From the human T2T-CHM13v2.0 reference genome, Homo sapiens, in the NCBI RefSeq assembly GCF_009914755.1, contig NC_060935.1: a stretch of DNA of 64,000 nucleotides; one strand, 5' to 3'. The notes below the pieces were generated by a model. That model was given only the letters and a program-made list of their open reading frames with translations. It searched no databases and was not told the DNA's origin. Position numbers and translations under genes: made by a program. Shown here piece after piece: positions 63,971 through 64,000 of this stretch; within the stretch, counting starts at the first letter, position 1; every line of letters begins with the position of its first letter.

Positions 63971-64000
63971 CTTTATTACACACGTCCATGGAAACTTTGT

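Overview
Primate (very probably human) intergenic-type DNA: Alu-rich (about 36 Alu, FRAM or FLAM copies, roughly 15% of the window), with L1, L2, MIR, MaLR/ERVL solo LTRs and DNA-transposon relics. No intact protein-coding gene is supportable. The one gene-derived feature is a full-length processed pseudogene of FNTA (farnesyltransferase/GGTase-I alpha) at about 18608-20270. It is intronless, has a 3'UTR, AATAAA, an A-tail and a 19-bp TSD, and is disabled by a frameshift and two stop codons. From recollection, not verified here, it is likely FNTAP1 in the PICALM-EED interval on chr11; FNTAP2 is the alternative. Almost all ORFs in the supplied track are repeat or low-complexity artefacts. Close reading turns up several small events a routine annotation would miss: a 35-nt U2 snRNA retro-fragment, three tiny 'orphan' inserts with A-tails and TSD-like flanks, a 37-nt Alu piece apparently copied from a neighbouring Alu, nested LTR/L1/Alu insertions with intact TSDs, and unique-sequence islands carrying RFX, PU.1 and CTCF motifs and hairpins. 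I see no evidence of a new multi-gene system. Repeat subfamily names are from pattern recognition and boundaries are approximate.
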